Assembly (NCBI GenBank): GCA_964005815.1
Contig: CAXFSR010000036.1
Coordinates: 28,433 to 92,432 of the forward strand
Direction of reading: 5' to 3'
Source of the DNA: an uncultured Nitrospinaceae bacterium
GTDB taxonomy: Bacteria > UBA8248
Length of the DNA: 64,000 nucleotides
Under the pieces are notes generated by a model. It searched no databases and had not been told where the DNA came from. It was given only the letters and a program-made list of their open reading frames with translations. Of this stretch, positions 42,188 through 51,551 are shown piece by piece. How positions within the stretch are numbered: position 1 is the stretch's first letter; each line of letters opens with the position of its first letter. Made by a program: the position numbers and the translations under genes.

Positions 42188-44179
42188 TTATTCGACCAAT
42201 TCCAAATCTGCCATCTTATTTATCATTTCAGAGGGCAATTCATGAATCTCTGTAAATCCACGTCTGACACATTCCATATTATCTATGACTACCTGCTCAC
42301 CTCTTCTACCAAAATATTTTCGAATCGATTTTTCAACACTAGAAAAAATATCTTCCTCAGTTAAATTCTTTTGTTCCATAAACGGAGTACATTTCAAAAA
42401 GATTCCAAGTAAAACTATCCCTTGCATCCTTTGCTCTAACGAAGGATCACTTGCTATTTCCCTCGCTACTTTAACTGTATCCATGAAAAGAACTCTCGCA
42501 CTTTTTTGCCTCAAGATATTTCTGGAAGCTGGAGGAATATTTTCCCATACTTTTTCGGGATCTTCTTCATCAGTTTGAACAAATACCATTCCTTTATCTG
42601 AAAGACCCTTTAGTGGATTGCCAGACTTAAAAGCATTTACGTCATTGAGTGGAATGAATTCAACATCATTTAACTCACAATGTGTTCTAATTACATCATC
42701 TGCAATTGTAAGATAGTATGTAGTAGGAAGACCTTTTTTCTCAGATCCATATTTTGGGTAAGCCTGCACATTCATCCCGAAAGTATCACCAGCTATGGTC
42801 GCTATAACTTTGTTGGTAGTGACTGACCCATATCCACCAACTGAATGTCCTCTCATTGAAAAGGCACCAGCTGGGCGAAGATCTGGATCTTCCTCTACAT
42901 CTAAAGCCGTAGCATGTTTAATTCCTAGTGAAAAATATCGCTGTTGATCTTCTGTCTTCGAATCCATCATATTTTTTAGACATGCAAGGAAATCACCTGG
43001 CCTAACATCTCGGCTTCCTAAGCCAGCTGAACAAGAAAAGACTACAGGAATTCTATCTATTTCTGGATAATTTTTTACTCCGGTTAATGAATCTGCAAAA
43101 GACGATTTAATTTCAGCAGTGAGAGGATTAGATTGGGCACTGGGCACGTCAAGTCTCTCTAATACCGTAAATGCTTTTGTATTCTTTAGGGCATCAACAA
43201 TTTCATCACCTGGGAATGGCCTAAAAGACGTGACATTTACAAGACCAACCTTGTGACCCTGACTTCTTAAATAATCTACGGCGGCGATTGCAGTTTCCAT
43301 ATAGCAACCCATACCTACAAACGCATATTCAGCATCCTCTATACAATAAGATTCTGTTAATCCGTATTTTCTACCCGTCGCCTCATAAAATTCCTGCATC
43401 GCATTTTTTAGGAGTTCAGGAATTTGATCATAGAAATATCGTTGAGAAATTTTTCCTTTCATATAAGAATCCTGATTTTGCACAACACCTATCATAGTAG
43501 GATTATCAAAATCCATATTATTTCTTATTTTTTCAAGAGGAGGGCCAATAAACTCTTTCATAAATTCAGGTTCAGGCAAAGAAACGTTTTCAATAGTATG
43601 AGTGGTAAGAAAACCATCTTGAATGTTTAGAAAAGGAGTCTCAGAATCTTCTGCAACACGCCTTGAAATAAGTGCTAAATCTCCAGCTTCTTGCGCAGTT
43701 CTCGCAAACAACATACCCCACCCACAATCAGCAACACCCATAACATCATCGTGACCAGCATGTACATTTAAACTCTGCGAAGTCAATGCTCTTGCACCAA
43801 TATGAAACACAGCTGGTAGCCTTTTTCCACTTATGGTGTAAAGTACCTCTTTCATCAAGATAAGTCCTTGCCCTGAAGTAAAATTGGAAACTCTTCCGCC
43901 GGCAACAGCAAAGCCTTCACATGTGCTTGCGCTGGAGTGTTCGCTTTCGAGTTCTAGAAAGAAAAGTTTTTCTCCCCAAAGGTTCTCCTTACCATTAGAA
44001 ACTTCAGCCTGATAACCCTGACCCATTGTTGTTGAACTGGTAATAGGATATGCACAAGCTCCCTGTGTTATATGCGTTTCAACCCAAGCTACTGCGGCAG
44101 CACCGTCTGCAGTAGTAGGAAGACCCGGATACTTAAAAACTCCAGATCCATTTTCGCTATTTCCGTTTGTATGATTCAT
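42188..44179 (-). CDS. 2-oxoacid:ferredoxin oxidoreductase, alpha plus gamma domains (NifJ N-terminal half; probably pyruvate-type)
   Basis: AYPITSS, ESEHS, HIGARAL, GHSVGGYGS, YGSEKKG.PT. Confidence 0.9.
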   Translation of the reverse strand: MNHTNGNSENGSGVFKYPGLPTTADGAAAVAWVETHITQGACAYPITSSTTMGQGYQAEVSNGKENLWGEKLFFLELESEHSSASTCEGFAVAGGRVSNFTSGQGLILMKEVLYTISGKRLPAVFHIGARALTSQSLNVHAGHDDVMGVADCGWGMLFARTAQEAGDLALISRRVAEDSETPFLNIQDGFLTTHTIENVSLPEPEFMKEFIGPPLEKIRNNMDFDNPTMIGVVQNQDSYMKGKISQRYFYDQIPELLKNAMQEFYEATGRKYGLTESYCIEDAEYAFVGMGCYMETAIAAVDYLRSQGHKVGLVNVTSFRPFPGDEIVDALKNTKAFTVLERLDVPSAQSNPLTAEIKSSFADSLTGVKNYPEIDRIPVVFSCSAGLGSRDVRPGDFLACLKNMMDSKTEDQQRYFSLGIKHATALDVEEDPDLRPAGAFSMRGHSVGGYGSVTTNKVIATIAGDTFGMNVQAYPKYGSEKKGLPTTYYLTIADDVIRTHCELNDVEFIPLNDVNAFKSGNPLKGLSDKGMVFVQTDEEDPEKVWENIPPASRNILRQKSARVLFMDTVKVAREIASDPSLEQRMQGIVLLGIFLKCTPFMEQKNLTEEDIFSSVEKSIRKYFGRRGEQVVIDNMECVRRGFTEIHELPSEMINKMADLELVE

Positions 44180-44462
44180 TCTAATTTCACCTATTTCGTA
44201 TAAAGATTAGTAAGATTCAACAGGATTTTTAATGAACTAATTACCCAATTATAAAGGAAAGTACCCTTAAGTTCAATGAAAATAGATACAAAAAAATACA
44301 AATTATTTAAATCTTTTAAAAACAATAGGTTACAGAATACAATCGAGAGTTTGTCAAGATTTGCTCTTCTTAATAAAAATGATTTAACATTACTTTGACA
44401 ATACAGTCCCAAAAAAGGTTATTATAGAATATAAACTCATTCATAAAGGAGAGTGTACCTAA

Positions 44463-45215
44463 ATGGAACCAGTTAAAATCTACACGAGGCACGGTTGATT
44501 TTCATGTGCAAGAATGAAAGAGTTTCTTTCAGAAAATGGCATCCCAATAGAAAATCGAGATTGCACAAATGATCCTGTTGCTCAAAAAGAATTAAATGAA
44601 CTTGGAATCAAAGCTTTACCTGTAGCAGTAAGAGGATCAAAAATTGTAATTGGTTTTGATGAAAAAAAACTAATCGAAACTTTCGAGATAGAAAAAAAAT
44701 TACGAGAACCTTTAAATGTTCATTCTATAATGCGCTTTACCTCAAAAGTGTTTTTGGCAACAAAACGTGCGATAAATCAAATCCCAAAAGAAAAACTCGA
44801 CTGGATTTCACCTGACCGTCCCAGATCTCTCAGACAACTAACGTGGCATATATTTGAGAGATTCGAACTTTGCATGGAAGCATATACTTCTGAACACTAC
44901 ACAGAAGATATGGTTAGAAGATATGAAAAGGAAGCAAATAATTATAAAGCTAACGAAGACATTTGTTTATATGGTGACAAAGTTGAAGATAAATTAAAAA
45001 AATTCATCAATGAAAATGAACAAAATATAGATAAAGAAATAGATAGCTATATGGGAAAAATAACTATTCAAAAACTTTTAGAAATGGCTTTAGGACATGG
45101 AGTTCAGCATCTACGACATACATATCATTACTTTGAAATGTTAAATATAGTCCCGGATTCCCCTTTAAAGCCAGATGATTACAAGGAAATTCCCGTACCA
45201 AAGGAATTGTTCTAA
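44463..45215 (+). CDS. Probable selenoprotein: glutaredoxin/NrdH-like U-x-x-C domain fused to a DinB-like domain (250 aa; in-frame TGA at 44496-44498)
   Basis: ATG at 44463 is preceded by AAGGAGAG and is in frame with the ORF at 44514. It reads MEPVKIYTRHG*FSCARMKEFL, with the TGA at the first Cys position of CxxC. ALPV (cis-Pro) and IGFD motifs follow, then DinB-like LTWH and GHGVQH. Confidence 0.85.
44499..44536 (+). promoter_or_regulatory. Candidate bacterial SECIS element
   Basis: Stem TGAAAGA (44515-21), loop GTT, stem TCTTTCA (44525-31). The loop G lies 23 nt after the TGA. Possible lower pairing TTTTC/GAAAA. Confidence 0.55.
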
Positions 45216-45258
45216 AAAATTGAAATTTAAATAATTAAATAATATGGAGTAAAACCTT

Positions 45259-46527
45259 TTGAAAAAAAATGCGTTAAGAGCAAACCGAAAACGAATGAAG
45301 GAAGAATTTGAACACCAGTCAAAAATCGGACAGTTAGGCAAAACAGGTCTTTCAAGAGTCGCATTTACAGTTCCATTTACTAAAGTAAGAAAATATGCAC
45401 AATCTCTTATGAAGAATGCAGGAATGAAAACTAAAATTGACGCATTTGGGAATTTGTACGGCAGAAAGGAAGGAAAACAAAAAAATCTACCTACCGTTAT
45501 GCTTGGTTCGCACCTTGACAGCCAAAATCCAGGAGGAAGGTTTGACGGTCCAGCTGGAGTACTTACAGCTCTTGAGGCTATTCGTATTTTAAAAGAAAAT
45601 AAAATTGACCATGAACATCCTATTGAGGTAGTAGCTTTTGCCGGCGAAGAATCCTCATGTGGAATGACCGTTTTTGGAAGCAGTGCAGCAACTGGAGTAA
45701 TAGGTGCAAAGGAAATGAAAAATACTATACATCCTCCAACTGGAAAAAGTCTTTATGAAATTGTGAATAAGACAGGAGGCAATACATCAAAAATCAGAAC
45801 CTCTATTTTACAAAAAAAATCTATAAAATCTTTTCTAGAACTTCATATAGAGCAAGGACCTATTCTGGAAACAAATAAGGTTTCTATTGGAGTAGTTGAT
45901 CTCGTTGTAGGCTACATAAGAGGGCAAATTATTTTCAAAGGAGTTTCTGCTCATTCAGGAGGGCAACCAATGCCTTACCGCAGAGACTCTTCTATGGCCG
46001 CAGCAGAGTTTATGCTTGAAATGGAATCCATGGTAAAAAATGCGCCTGAGAGTCAAAGACTGACTATTACATTCGGCGAAATTAACGCAAGGCCAGGATG
46101 GATATCAATTGTTCCTGGAGAAACAGAAATTTCATTTGACCTTAGAGGGAAAAATGATGAGATTCTCAAAAGAATTCTAGAAAGAATGAAGAAGAAACTA
46201 CTCGAAATAAAACAAAAAAGAAAAGTTCATGGTATTATGAAAGATGTATTAAAACTTCCAGTCTGTCCAACTTCAAAAAAAATTCAGTCTATTCTCAAAA
46301 GAGCTTCTAAAACCGCAGGATTCAGATCTCTTAAACTCTCAAGTGGTGGAGTGCATGATGCTTGCAGGATGGCAAAATTATGCCCTATAGGGATGATTTT
46401 TATCCCTTCAGTCAAAGGATTATCACATACACCCGAAGAGTTTACTCACTTTGAAGATATGGTTAAAGGAGCAGAAGTGACAGCACTCGCGCTATCCGAA
46501 CTCTCTAAGAAAAGTGTGAAAATTTAA
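45259..46527 (+). CDS. Zn-dependent amidohydrolase, N-carbamoyl-L-amino acid hydrolase/allantoate amidohydrolase family (M20)
   Basis: DAFGNL, GSHLDS, FDG..GV, ELHIEQGP, DLRG, HDA, SHTPEE. Confidence 0.9.
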   Translation: MKKNALRANRKRMKEEFEHQSKIGQLGKTGLSRVAFTVPFTKVRKYAQSLMKNAGMKTKIDAFGNLYGRKEGKQKNLPTVMLGSHLDSQNPGGRFDGPAGVLTALEAIRILKENKIDHEHPIEVVAFAGEESSCGMTVFGSSAATGVIGAKEMKNTIHPPTGKSLYEIVNKTGGNTSKIRTSILQKKSIKSFLELHIEQGPILETNKVSIGVVDLVVGYIRGQIIFKGVSAHSGGQPMPYRRDSSMAAAEFMLEMESMVKNAPESQRLTITFGEINARPGWISIVPGETEISFDLRGKNDEILKRILERMKKKLLEIKQKRKVHGIMKDVLKLPVCPTSKKIQSILKRASKTAGFRSLKLSSGGVHDACRMAKLCPIGMIFIPSVKGLSHTPEEFTHFEDMVKGAEVTALALSELSKKSVKI

Positions 46528-46535
46528 ATCTCTGC

Positions 46536-46967
46536 TTAATAACCTAAATCCTTCGCAGGAACATCGGAAGCTATCTGGATCACCATTTCTTCTGTCTCAC
46601 TTGGATCAAGAAACAAAATCTCATACCCTCTTGGAGTATAAGTTCCTGGACCAAAACCTTCCATAAATTTTACGTCTTTGTTTTGAAATTCTTCGCCAAT
46701 TTTTCCCGTATCTTCCGTTGAAAACGCTATATGAGAAAAACAGGGACCACCATTCTTTTCGAGCATCTTCGTATAATGATTCTCAGGATCATAGGGCTGC
46801 ATAATTTCTATTTCTACATCTCCCATCCTAAGAAAAGTAGCATGTGCCCATCCAGTATCAGCAACTTGCACCCGGTTTGGTTCACATCCTAATTTTTCCA
46901 TAAATAATTTTTTTGTTCTTTCCATATCATCTGTGATTAAACCTATATGATGAATTTTTTTAAACAT
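46536..46967 (-). CDS. VOC family protein (methylmalonyl-CoA epimerase-like)
   Basis: IHHIGL, EIEIMQP, SHIAF, FLDP metal-ligand pattern. Confidence 0.85.
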   Translation of the reverse strand: MFKKIHHIGLITDDMERTKKLFMEKLGCEPNRVQVADTGWAHATFLRMGDVEIEIMQPYDPENHYTKMLEKNGGPCFSHIAFSTEDTGKIGEEFQNKDVKFMEGFGPGTYTPRGYEILFLDPSETEEMVIQIASDVPAKDLGY

Positions 46968-48351
46968 TTTTTTCTCCTAGATTTACTGAAGTTTTGGTCT
47001 TTATCCACGAAAAAAACCATAAAAATAAAATACACCCACCGGTGAATTGGGCAAGAAGCATAGCAAACCAAACTCCTTCCTCTCGCAATCCGGCTGTATT
47101 AGAAAGGTAAAATGCTGTAGGAAGCATAAGAATCCAGCTCACAATAATTTGGGTGAGCATTGGGGGTTTGGAATTTCCTGCACCCTGAAATGCTCCGGCC
47201 ATAACCCTTCTTATTGATTCCATAATGAGACCAAACGAAAAAACACGAAGCGCAAAAGAAGCAATGGGTGTCGAACTGCCTACCAGTCCAAAAAAGATAG
47301 AGATGTCTCTAGAGAAGAAAAATTGAGCTACAGAAAGAAAACCCATTATTCCAACAAGAATTGTTAAAGTATATTGAACTGTGCTTATTGCTCGATTTGG
47401 CTTAGACGCTCCGAGATTTTGTCCAACCAAAGTTCTAGTAGACCCCTGAAGACCAAAACAAGGAAGGCGAGCAATCATTGTAACTCTATTGCCGACTCCC
47501 CAAGCTGCTAGAGCATCTGCTCCAAAAGGAGTTAGAATCCTAAGAAGTAAAAGGTAGGAACCCCTTTCTAAAAGATTTTGTACTGTCGCTGGCCAGGCAA
47601 TTGAAAGGAGCGAAGAAATGATTTCTAGATTTGGAAGAAAAAATCTAAGTTTCAGAAAAACTTGAGACCATCCTTTGAGTAAATAGAAAAGCATAATTAG
47701 GAATCCGACCGATCTTCCCAGACCTATTCCAAAAAAACTTCCCGCAATACCTATTCCTTCAAAAGAACCAAAACCAAACATGAACAATGGCATAGCTATT
47801 AATGAAACAATCGTTCCTGCTAACATAGATATAACTAAAATACCTGGCTCACCAGTACCCCTGAAAACACTGCCAAAAACAAACATAGCCTCTATCGCAA
47901 TCAAAGAAACAAATCCCGATTTCATATAATCAAGAGCAAAACCAGTCACCTGTGTATCAAGATTCATAATTGAAATAATAAAAGGGGCAAAGAAGAAACC
48001 GAGCAATGAAAGAGTCACAGAATATACGAATAACAGGATTATCATCTGAGCAGAAACAATAGAAGCTTTTTCAAAATCTTTCGAACCCACTGCATGAGCA
48101 ACAAGGGATTGTCCTGCAATTCGGATACCCATACCAAGGGATCGGAGAAAAAGAATGAATAAATACCCTAAGGAATACGCGGCCAGAGCATTCGGGCCAA
48201 GTATTCCAATCCAGAAGATCTCAAAAATACCATCAAAACTTCTTACTAACCTCTCGAAAAACATAGGAATTACCAGACGTTTGACACCTTTTCCAATAGG
48301 GCCAATTGTATAATCGTATTTTTTCGAAAGAGTTGAAGAAGAATTTTTCAG
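46960..48351 (-). CDS. MATE family efflux transporter
   Basis: Hydrophobic; LAAYS, FRGTGEP, LVGQNLGA, FQGAGNS. The frame stays open upstream of ATG 48264 through YDYTIGPIGKGVKRLVIPM to a CTG at 48351 preceded by GAGG. Confidence 0.9.
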   Translation of the reverse strand: MKNSSSTLSKKYDYTIGPIGKGVKRLVIPMFFERLVRSFDGIFEIFWIGILGPNALAAYSLGYLFILFLRSLGMGIRIAGQSLVAHAVGSKDFEKASIVSAQMIILLFVYSVTLSLLGFFFAPFIISIMNLDTQVTGFALDYMKSGFVSLIAIEAMFVFGSVFRGTGEPGILVISMLAGTIVSLIAMPLFMFGFGSFEGIGIAGSFFGIGLGRSVGFLIMLFYLLKGWSQVFLKLRFFLPNLEIISSLLSIAWPATVQNLLERGSYLLLLRILTPFGADALAAWGVGNRVTMIARLPCFGLQGSTRTLVGQNLGASKPNRAISTVQYTLTILVGIMGFLSVAQFFFSRDISIFFGLVGSSTPIASFALRVFSFGLIMESIRRVMAGAFQGAGNSKPPMLTQIIVSWILMLPTAFYLSNTAGLREEGVWFAMLLAQFTGGCILFLWFFSWIKTKTSVNLGEKNV

Positions 48352-48462
48352 ATTGAGACCTCTTCTGATTTAGTATTTCAAACTAGATTTAAACGTTTCC
48401 TGATGTAAGATTCTCATGTTAGTCTATAAACCTTATCAAAAAAAGACAGTGAGGATTTTTAT

Positions 48463-49725
48463 ATGGAAAGTTCCATTTTTAAAAAATGCGCGAAACATAT
48501 CAAGAAGAAAAAATTGAGAGACACTCTAATAGATTTAGTAGATATCCCTAGTCCAACTTCTGGAGAAAAAGCTTTAGCTGAGTACCTTGTTAACAGGATG
48601 AATAGTTCAGGAGCAAGGACTACTTTACAGGAAGTAAGTCTAGACAGACCTAATGCAATAGGCACTATTTCAGGAAATGGAACTGGTTCTAATCTTATGT
48701 TAACCGGCCATATGGATACTTCATATGATGGTAACGAAGAGTACCTAGTTGGGAAAGGCTTCAAACCAAAAGGAGTCTATGAGAATGGCTGGATCTGGGG
48801 ATTGGGTGCAAATAATATGAAAGGTGGATTAGCATCCGCTTTAGTCGCTTTTGAAGCAATACAAAAAGAAAAAATCCCCTTAAAAGGAGACCTAATTTTT
48901 GCGGGAGTTGTTGGAGAAATAGAAAAAGCAGCTATTGAAGAATTTCGCGGCGAGGAAATGGCAGGCTACGGAACTGGTTCTAGACATCTTGTTCTTCATG
49001 GCGTTACTGCGGATTATGCGATCTTAGCAGAACCGACAGGACTTCGCATTTCAAATGCAAATTTAGGAGTTATTTGGGCAAAAATATCTACATATGGAAC
49101 AGTTAGTCACAGTGCAATGGCTCATAGGCCAGGAATAAAGAATGCAATCAGATCTATTCACAAGGTTCAAGCTGCAATAGAAAAGTGGATTCCAAAATTT
49201 ACTAAATCCAGAGAATTTATGGGTGAAAAACCCAGTGTAAATATTTCCTCTATTCGTGGAGGCTGGCCATGGAGATTGTCAAGAAATCCTGTTGAAGCAA
49301 GTCTTTATCTTGATATACGTATTATCCCTGGGCAAAAGATAGAAGATATTCGAAGGGAAATCAGAAAAGTACTTAGTGATCTTGCAAAAAAAACGGGAGA
49401 TGATGAAGCGTCATTAGATTTCTACGTTACTGACCCGGCAACATATGTAAATCCAGAAGAAGAAATCGTCCAATCTCTAAATAGTTCGCATAATGAAATC
49501 ACAAAATCTTTACCGGATTATATTGCCAGAAGACCTGGTGCAGATGCCACTCATTTTAATCATTATGGTATACCTTGTATTTGCTATGGCCCTGGTTTTA
49601 GAGTGCATCCAGAAGTCGAAAAAAAAGGACAGTATATGCACGATGCCGGAGAACATATTCATGAAGACGACCTTGAAATTGCGAGTAAAGTTTTTTTAAA
49701 TCTTGCACTCAAAATATGTACATAA
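48463..49725 (+). CDS. M20/ArgE-DapE-like metallohydrolase with variant metal motifs
   Basis: [37 protein letters not shown]. Confidence 0.85.
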   Translation: MESSIFKKCAKHIKKKKLRDTLIDLVDIPSPTSGEKALAEYLVNRMNSSGARTTLQEVSLDRPNAIGTISGNGTGSNLMLTGHMDTSYDGNEEYLVGKGFKPKGVYENGWIWGLGANNMKGGLASALVAFEAIQKEKIPLKGDLIFAGVVGEIEKAAIEEFRGEEMAGYGTGSRHLVLHGVTADYAILAEPTGLRISNANLGVIWAKISTYGTVSHSAMAHRPGIKNAIRSIHKVQAAIEKWIPKFTKSREFMGEKPSVNISSIRGGWPWRLSRNPVEASLYLDIRIIPGQKIEDIRREIRKVLSDLAKKTGDDEASLDFYVTDPATYVNPEEEIVQSLNSSHNEITKSLPDYIARRPGADATHFNHYGIPCICYGPGFRVHPEVEKKGQYMHDAGEHIHEDDLEIASKVFLNLALKICT

Positions 49726-49747
49726 CTGTAATGAAAGGAAATTTGCA

Positions 49748-50131
49748 ATGAAAGATTCCAAAGAAAATTTAGAAGATAAACTTACCCCTGAGCAATATAG
49801 AGTAACGCAACAATGCGGGACAGAACCGCCTTTCTCGGGAAAATACTGGGACTCACATGATAAAGGAACCTATGTTTGTATATGCTGCGGCATAGAACTT
49901 TTTCACTCAAAAACCAAATTTGATTCCGGAACTGGCTGGCCAAGCTTTTGGGAGTCTATCGAATCAAAAAATGTAAAAGAAATTGAAGACAACTCACATG
50001 GAATGAGAAGAATAGAAACTAGATGTTCTTCTTGTAACGCACACTTGGGACATGTTTTTCAAGATGGACCTAATCCAACGGGACTTCGTTATTGCATCAA
50101 CTCTGCTTCTCTTGATTTTATAAAAGAGTAA
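49748..50131 (+). CDS. msrB: Peptide-methionine (R)-S-oxide reductase
   Basis: [34 protein letters not shown]. Start at ATG 49748 after AAGGA. Confidence 0.96.
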   Translation: MKDSKENLEDKLTPEQYRVTQQCGTEPPFSGKYWDSHDKGTYVCICCGIELFHSKTKFDSGTGWPSFWESIESKNVKEIEDNSHGMRRIETRCSSCNAHLGHVFQDGPNPTGLRYCINSASLDFIKE

Positions 50132-50151
50132 AAAAAGATTTACTTAAGTTT

Positions 50152-50583
50152 TTAATCGTACCACTCTAAAGAAGGTTGGTCAGGAGGATTATCGTACCTT
50201 TTAATTTCAATTTCTATATTATCTGGATCATAAAAATAAGTTGCATACCCAACACCAAAAGCACCTAAGTTTCTTTCTTCTCCTCTATGTACTTCGATGT
50301 CATTATCTTTCAATCTTTTAATTAACTCAAAATATTCATCCTCTTCAAGTGAAAAAGCCACATGATCGACTCCACTTTTTGAAAAAATATTTTCAGATAT
50401 GAAAGTTTCAGAAAAAAATAAAACCAAAACATCTTCGCCTACTCTAAAAACTATTTGTTCGATCTCCCCATCAGATATTTTTCTCCTACCTACTGGAGAA
50501 AAACCCATAATATCTCGATAAAAAGCAATAGATCGATTCAAATTACTTACTCTCAAGGCTACGTGTTCAATCATTTTTTTCAT
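50152..50583 (-). CDS. VOC/glyoxalase family protein
   Basis: IEHVAL, FYRDIMGF, DHVAF, YFYDPDNIEIE. Start placed at ATG 50583 (ORF track uses 50598). Confidence 0.88.
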   Translation of the reverse strand: MKKMIEHVALRVSNLNRSIAFYRDIMGFSPVGRRKISDGEIEQIVFRVGEDVLVLFFSETFISENIFSKSGVDHVAFSLEEDEYFELIKRLKDNDIEVHRGEERNLGAFGVGYATYFYDPDNIEIEIKRYDNPPDQPSLEWYD

Positions 50584-50635
50584 ACAAACCCCAAACAAAA
50601 ATTAATTTAAAAGTTAATCCTATCGATTGAGAAAT

Positions 50636-51412
50636 CTAAATTAATTGCCTAACTCCATTAGCAAATTCTGGAATGGACAATGTCTGCGCATCATGACCAG
50701 GAAAAATAAGATTAGGGTTATCTGCCAAATCTTTAGCTTTATCCAGTGCTGCTAAGGCCTCGTCTACGTGTACATGAATTCCGGGAGGAATCATAGATTC
50801 AAAACTACGAAAAACGTACGCAGAATCAATAGCTAATACAGCCCACCCTTCTATAGTTCTAATTCGTACAATTTGCAAACCAGGCGAATGTCCACCAACA
50901 TGGTGCACCGAAATGCCGTCAAAGAGTTCTAACTCTCCATTTACAATTTCAAGTTGTTTATTTTTTTCTAATGATTCCAAATCGTTCAGATCCGCTAGAA
51001 AATGATTCAAGAAATGATAATCAGAAAAATTTCCTCTCCAAAAATCAATTTCTTTTTTCTGAATATAAAAAGTCGCTGATGCATAAATACGATTTGCTGA
51101 AAAATGATCCCAGTGCAAATGAGAAATAATTACATTCTGTATATCGCTTGGTCTAATGTCGAAATTTTTTAAAAGTTCTACTGGTTTTTTATAGTCATTA
51201 TAATCGAAATATCTATTCTTATAGTGTCCTTCCATAAAACCAGTATCTATCAATATAGGCGCAAGTTCCTCTTTACTTGGAACCAATAACCAAAAAAAGT
51301 AGGGCAACTTGGCTTTTCTACCTATATCTGAAAGATATAATAGAAAAGAAGCATCGCATTCACGCCAACCCTGACAAAGTGAAAAAATACTGTACGTGAT
51401 TTCGCTAGACAA
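50636..51412 (-). CDS. Metallo-beta-lactamase-fold hydrolase (AiiA/AHL-lactonase-like family)
   Basis: LIDTG, SHLHWDH, GGHSPG, AIDS, PGHD. Confidence 0.88.
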   Translation of the reverse strand: MSSEITYSIFSLCQGWRECDASFLLYLSDIGRKAKLPYFFWLLVPSKEELAPILIDTGFMEGHYKNRYFDYNDYKKPVELLKNFDIRPSDIQNVIISHLHWDHFSANRIYASATFYIQKKEIDFWRGNFSDYHFLNHFLADLNDLESLEKNKQLEIVNGELELFDGISVHHVGGHSPGLQIVRIRTIEGWAVLAIDSAYVFRSFESMIPPGIHVHVDEALAALDKAKDLADNPNLIFPGHDAQTLSIPEFANGVRQLI

Positions 51413-51551
51413 AAGTGATCCTCTAAAAAAATAAACTTAAACAAAAAATTAAATGTGTTTTTTTTAGATACAGCTTGATGCAAAATGATATTTTATGTCA
51501 ATATAAATTGCTTCTTGCGTTATAGTTTACCGCTCAACCACGGGCATTAAA

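Noticed and set aside
44191-44412. 73-aa minus-strand ORF upstream of PFOR
   Set aside because: Low-complexity F/L/N/K translation of an AT-rich promoter region with no motif. A leader peptide cannot be fully excluded.
44496-44498. Alternative genetic code (TGA = Trp or Gly) as the explanation for the in-frame TGA
   Set aside because: Trp is encoded by TGG in the genes I inspected, and several genes end in TGA with stop/start overlaps.
50636-51412. Quorum-quenching role for the AiiA-like MBL hydrolase
   Set aside because: The HxHxDH family is broad and nothing nearby relates to AHL signalling; the substrate is unknown.
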